DNA of 64,000 nt from Terriglobia bacterium. Lineage in GTDB: Bacteria > Acidobacteriota > Terriglobia > UBA7540. This document shows positions 62,572-64,000 of this stretch, piece after piece (within the stretch, counting starts at the first letter, position 1; each line of letters starts with the position of its first letter). The position numbers and the translations under genes were made by a program. The stretch is from the NCBI GenBank assembly GCA_030040995.1, contig JASHOS010000198.1, positions 838 through 64,837 of the forward strand, in the 5' to 3' direction. Under the pieces are notes generated by a model. The model was not told the DNA's origin. It made no database searches and worked only from the letters and a program-made list of their open reading frames with translations.

Positions 62572-64000
62572 TTATTGCAGGCGGCGCACGGCAAAATTAT
62601 CGAACTCCGCCTTGTTCCAGCCCGAGCCAATTCCCACCATGCCGTGCGTGTGGCTTTCATCCGTCAGGTTGGCAACCCGAGCGCCATCAATCATCGCCTG
62701 GATCTCCGGTCCGGCAAATCTAAGCTTGAGACGATGCCAGGCCCCTCGTTGAAGGCGCACCTTGCCAGAGGCGAGGGTCGTCACCGGGTGCCGATAACCG
62801 GCGCTCAAGAGCTGCCATGCGCCCGTCGAGTGGACAAGGAGAATATATCCCGAGGGCCAGCGTGCGTGGTGGGCTGCAAAGACGTTGGCGGAGTCAATCC
62901 GGCCGAGAAGAGTCCCATGCCCTGGCCTGGTCAGCATCACATCGGAGCTCACCTCATAGTCAGTCCATTGGGCGTTGCCGAGCATCGTGAACGGGTCAGG
63001 CGTGATGCCCCACGGGATGGGCACGCGCGTGATCACTTGAAACAGGCAGCGCCCGCGCCTCCGCGTGCAAGGCCACACTTCGAAGGCGCCGTCCTGGTCG
63101 GCAAAGTATTTTGGAGAGCGCCCGGAAGAAATGCGCGCAAAGCTGGGCGCAAAAGGAAACGGGAAGGGTTTGGCCGGGGGAGAAGAAGCGGCGCCTCTCG
63201 CCTGGCCGGTGGTCGTTGTGAGTGAATAAAGCGAATCGGGGTCGAGCGTGACGCCGAAGGCGCCATTCTGTGGAGTGAGGTCTGCGACGTGTTCAAAAGT
63301 CTTTGTCGCATTCGTCTCCCAAACGTGGACCAGACCTTGGGAGAGCCCGCCGCTGACGCGGAAGGTGACGCGCTGCGGAGCGGGCGCGTTCACGGTTTCG
63401 ATGATGACACTATAATCGCCGCCGGAGGGCGACCTCAAAGTCACGTAAGTGCCGTTTCCGCGCAGAAAGCCGCAGGCGCTGTCAATGTAACGCCAGCCCG
63501 GCTGAGCGAATTGCGTGGTGTGCGCCGTCACCCATAAAGTCGGCGGCAACACGTAATGCCCGGACCATGGTGTGTTGGCTGTCATCAGGCCGGAGCGCGG
63601 CGCGGCCAGGATATCGTAATAGGAGGTTACAGGGCTCCAGATTTCCGTGGCCGTAATTCTGTCCTCAATGTAGTTGAGGTTGTAAATCATCGCCAGGGAC
63701 TCTGCAAAGGGGGACCACGTTCGGGAAAGGCCGCGCGTGTAATAAAAGAACTCGTCCTCGGAAGCCCACAAAGGCTTGCCACTTCCCCGAGCGCCGGTGG
63801 GAGCCGTCGGGCCTTGGATGACGTTCGGGCTGTGCACACCAATAACGTCCACCGCCTTCCGCAGCCCAGGATCACTCTTCATCTTGTCGATGATGCTCCA
63901 CGGATGTTCCTCCGTGTAGAGATCGCAACAGACGACTTGTGTTGTCAACTCGTGAGCGGCGAGAGTCTTCTTGAGCAGCTTAACGTACCCAGGCTGATAC
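62572..64000 (-). CDS. Glycoside hydrolase family 59 (galactosylceramidase-like) with a C-terminal lectin-like domain; N-terminus runs off the right window edge
   Basis: The frame stays open upstream of the track start (63948) to position 64000. WSGHYVLPPTLWVTAHTTQFAQPGWRYI closely matches the GALC [28 protein letters not shown] block. Confidence 0.8.
   Translation of the reverse strand, partial: YQPGYVKLLKKTLAAHELTTQVVCCDLYTEEHPWSIIDKMKSDPGLRKAVDVIGVHSPNVIQGPTAPTGARGSGKPLWASEDEFFYYTRGLSRTWSPFAESLAMIYNLNYIEDRITATEIWSPVTSYYDILAAPRSGLMTANTPWSGHYVLPPTLWVTAHTTQFAQPGWRYIDSACGFLRGNGTYVTLRSPSGGDYSVIIETVNAPAPQRVTFRVSGGLSQGLVHVWETNATKTFEHVADLTPQNGAFGVTLDPDSLYSLTTTTGQARGAASSPPAKPFPFPFAPSFARISSGRSPKYFADQDGAFEVWPCTRRRGRCLFQVITRVPIPWGITPDPFTMLGNAQWTDYEVSSDVMLTRPGHGTLLGRIDSANVFAAHHARWPSGYILLVHSTGAWQLLSAGYRHPVTTLASGKVRLQRGAWHRLKLRFAGPEIQAMIDGARVANLTDESHTHGMVGIGSGWNKAEFDNFAVRRLQ

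Overview
GC-rich (about 60 percent by eye, not computed) chromosomal segment. The gene content looks like Acidobacteriota: two CarboxypepD_reg-type TonB-dependent receptors ending FALKFYW/FALKFYF, a PadR regulator next to a duplicated FtsX/MacB-type (ADOP) permease, a PEP-CTERM protein, and bshC. I support about 50 CDS.

Gene content:
- Housekeeping: queA, uvrA, hemD-hemE, tatA-tatC, bshC, adenosine deaminase, a long-form dCTP deaminase, M24 and M28 peptidases, AsmA.
- Two carbohydrate loci: (a) TonB receptor, TIM-barrel epimerase, TAT protein and GH2, divergent from DeoR-SIS-PfkB-amidohydrolase; (b) a ROK regulator divergent from a TonB receptor that carries an in-frame TGA. A partial GH59 lies at the right edge.
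- A response-regulator/PAS-kinase operon at the left edge.
- Toxin-antitoxin modules: ParE plus antitoxin, HEPN-MNT, and VapB with an internally deleted vapC. There are also two Uma2 (DUF820) genes.
- No rRNA, tRNA, CRISPR array, transposase or integrase was found.

Most interesting observations:
1. An orphan 4.5-kb island (34.4-38.95 kb) between hemE and a DUF4139 gene. It holds an XRE/coiled-coil regulator, a near-consensus divergent promoter, a terminator-bounded RNA of about 150 nt, two operator-like palindromes, an unexplained 1.2-kb stop-free frame, a CX4C..CX2H ORF, an excisionase-type HTH and a single-pass membrane protein. It has no recombinase.
2. A stand-alone gene for a secreted Ser/Thr plus poly-lysine peptide, next to a PEP-CTERM gene that has a sigma-54-like promoter.
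3. A very dense population of intergenic repeats: three GTAG-headed REPIN-like families, a 9-copy composite GC-hairpin family, TIR-bounded MITE-like elements and heptamer arrays. Some of these rewrite ORF ends (uvrA tail, add N-terminus) or flank a gene in inverted orientation.
4. Several decayed genes: vapC, a HEPN homopolymer frameshift, an ADOP permease fragment and a PD40-like fragment.

All functional calls come from motif and family recognition by eye. No database search was run.
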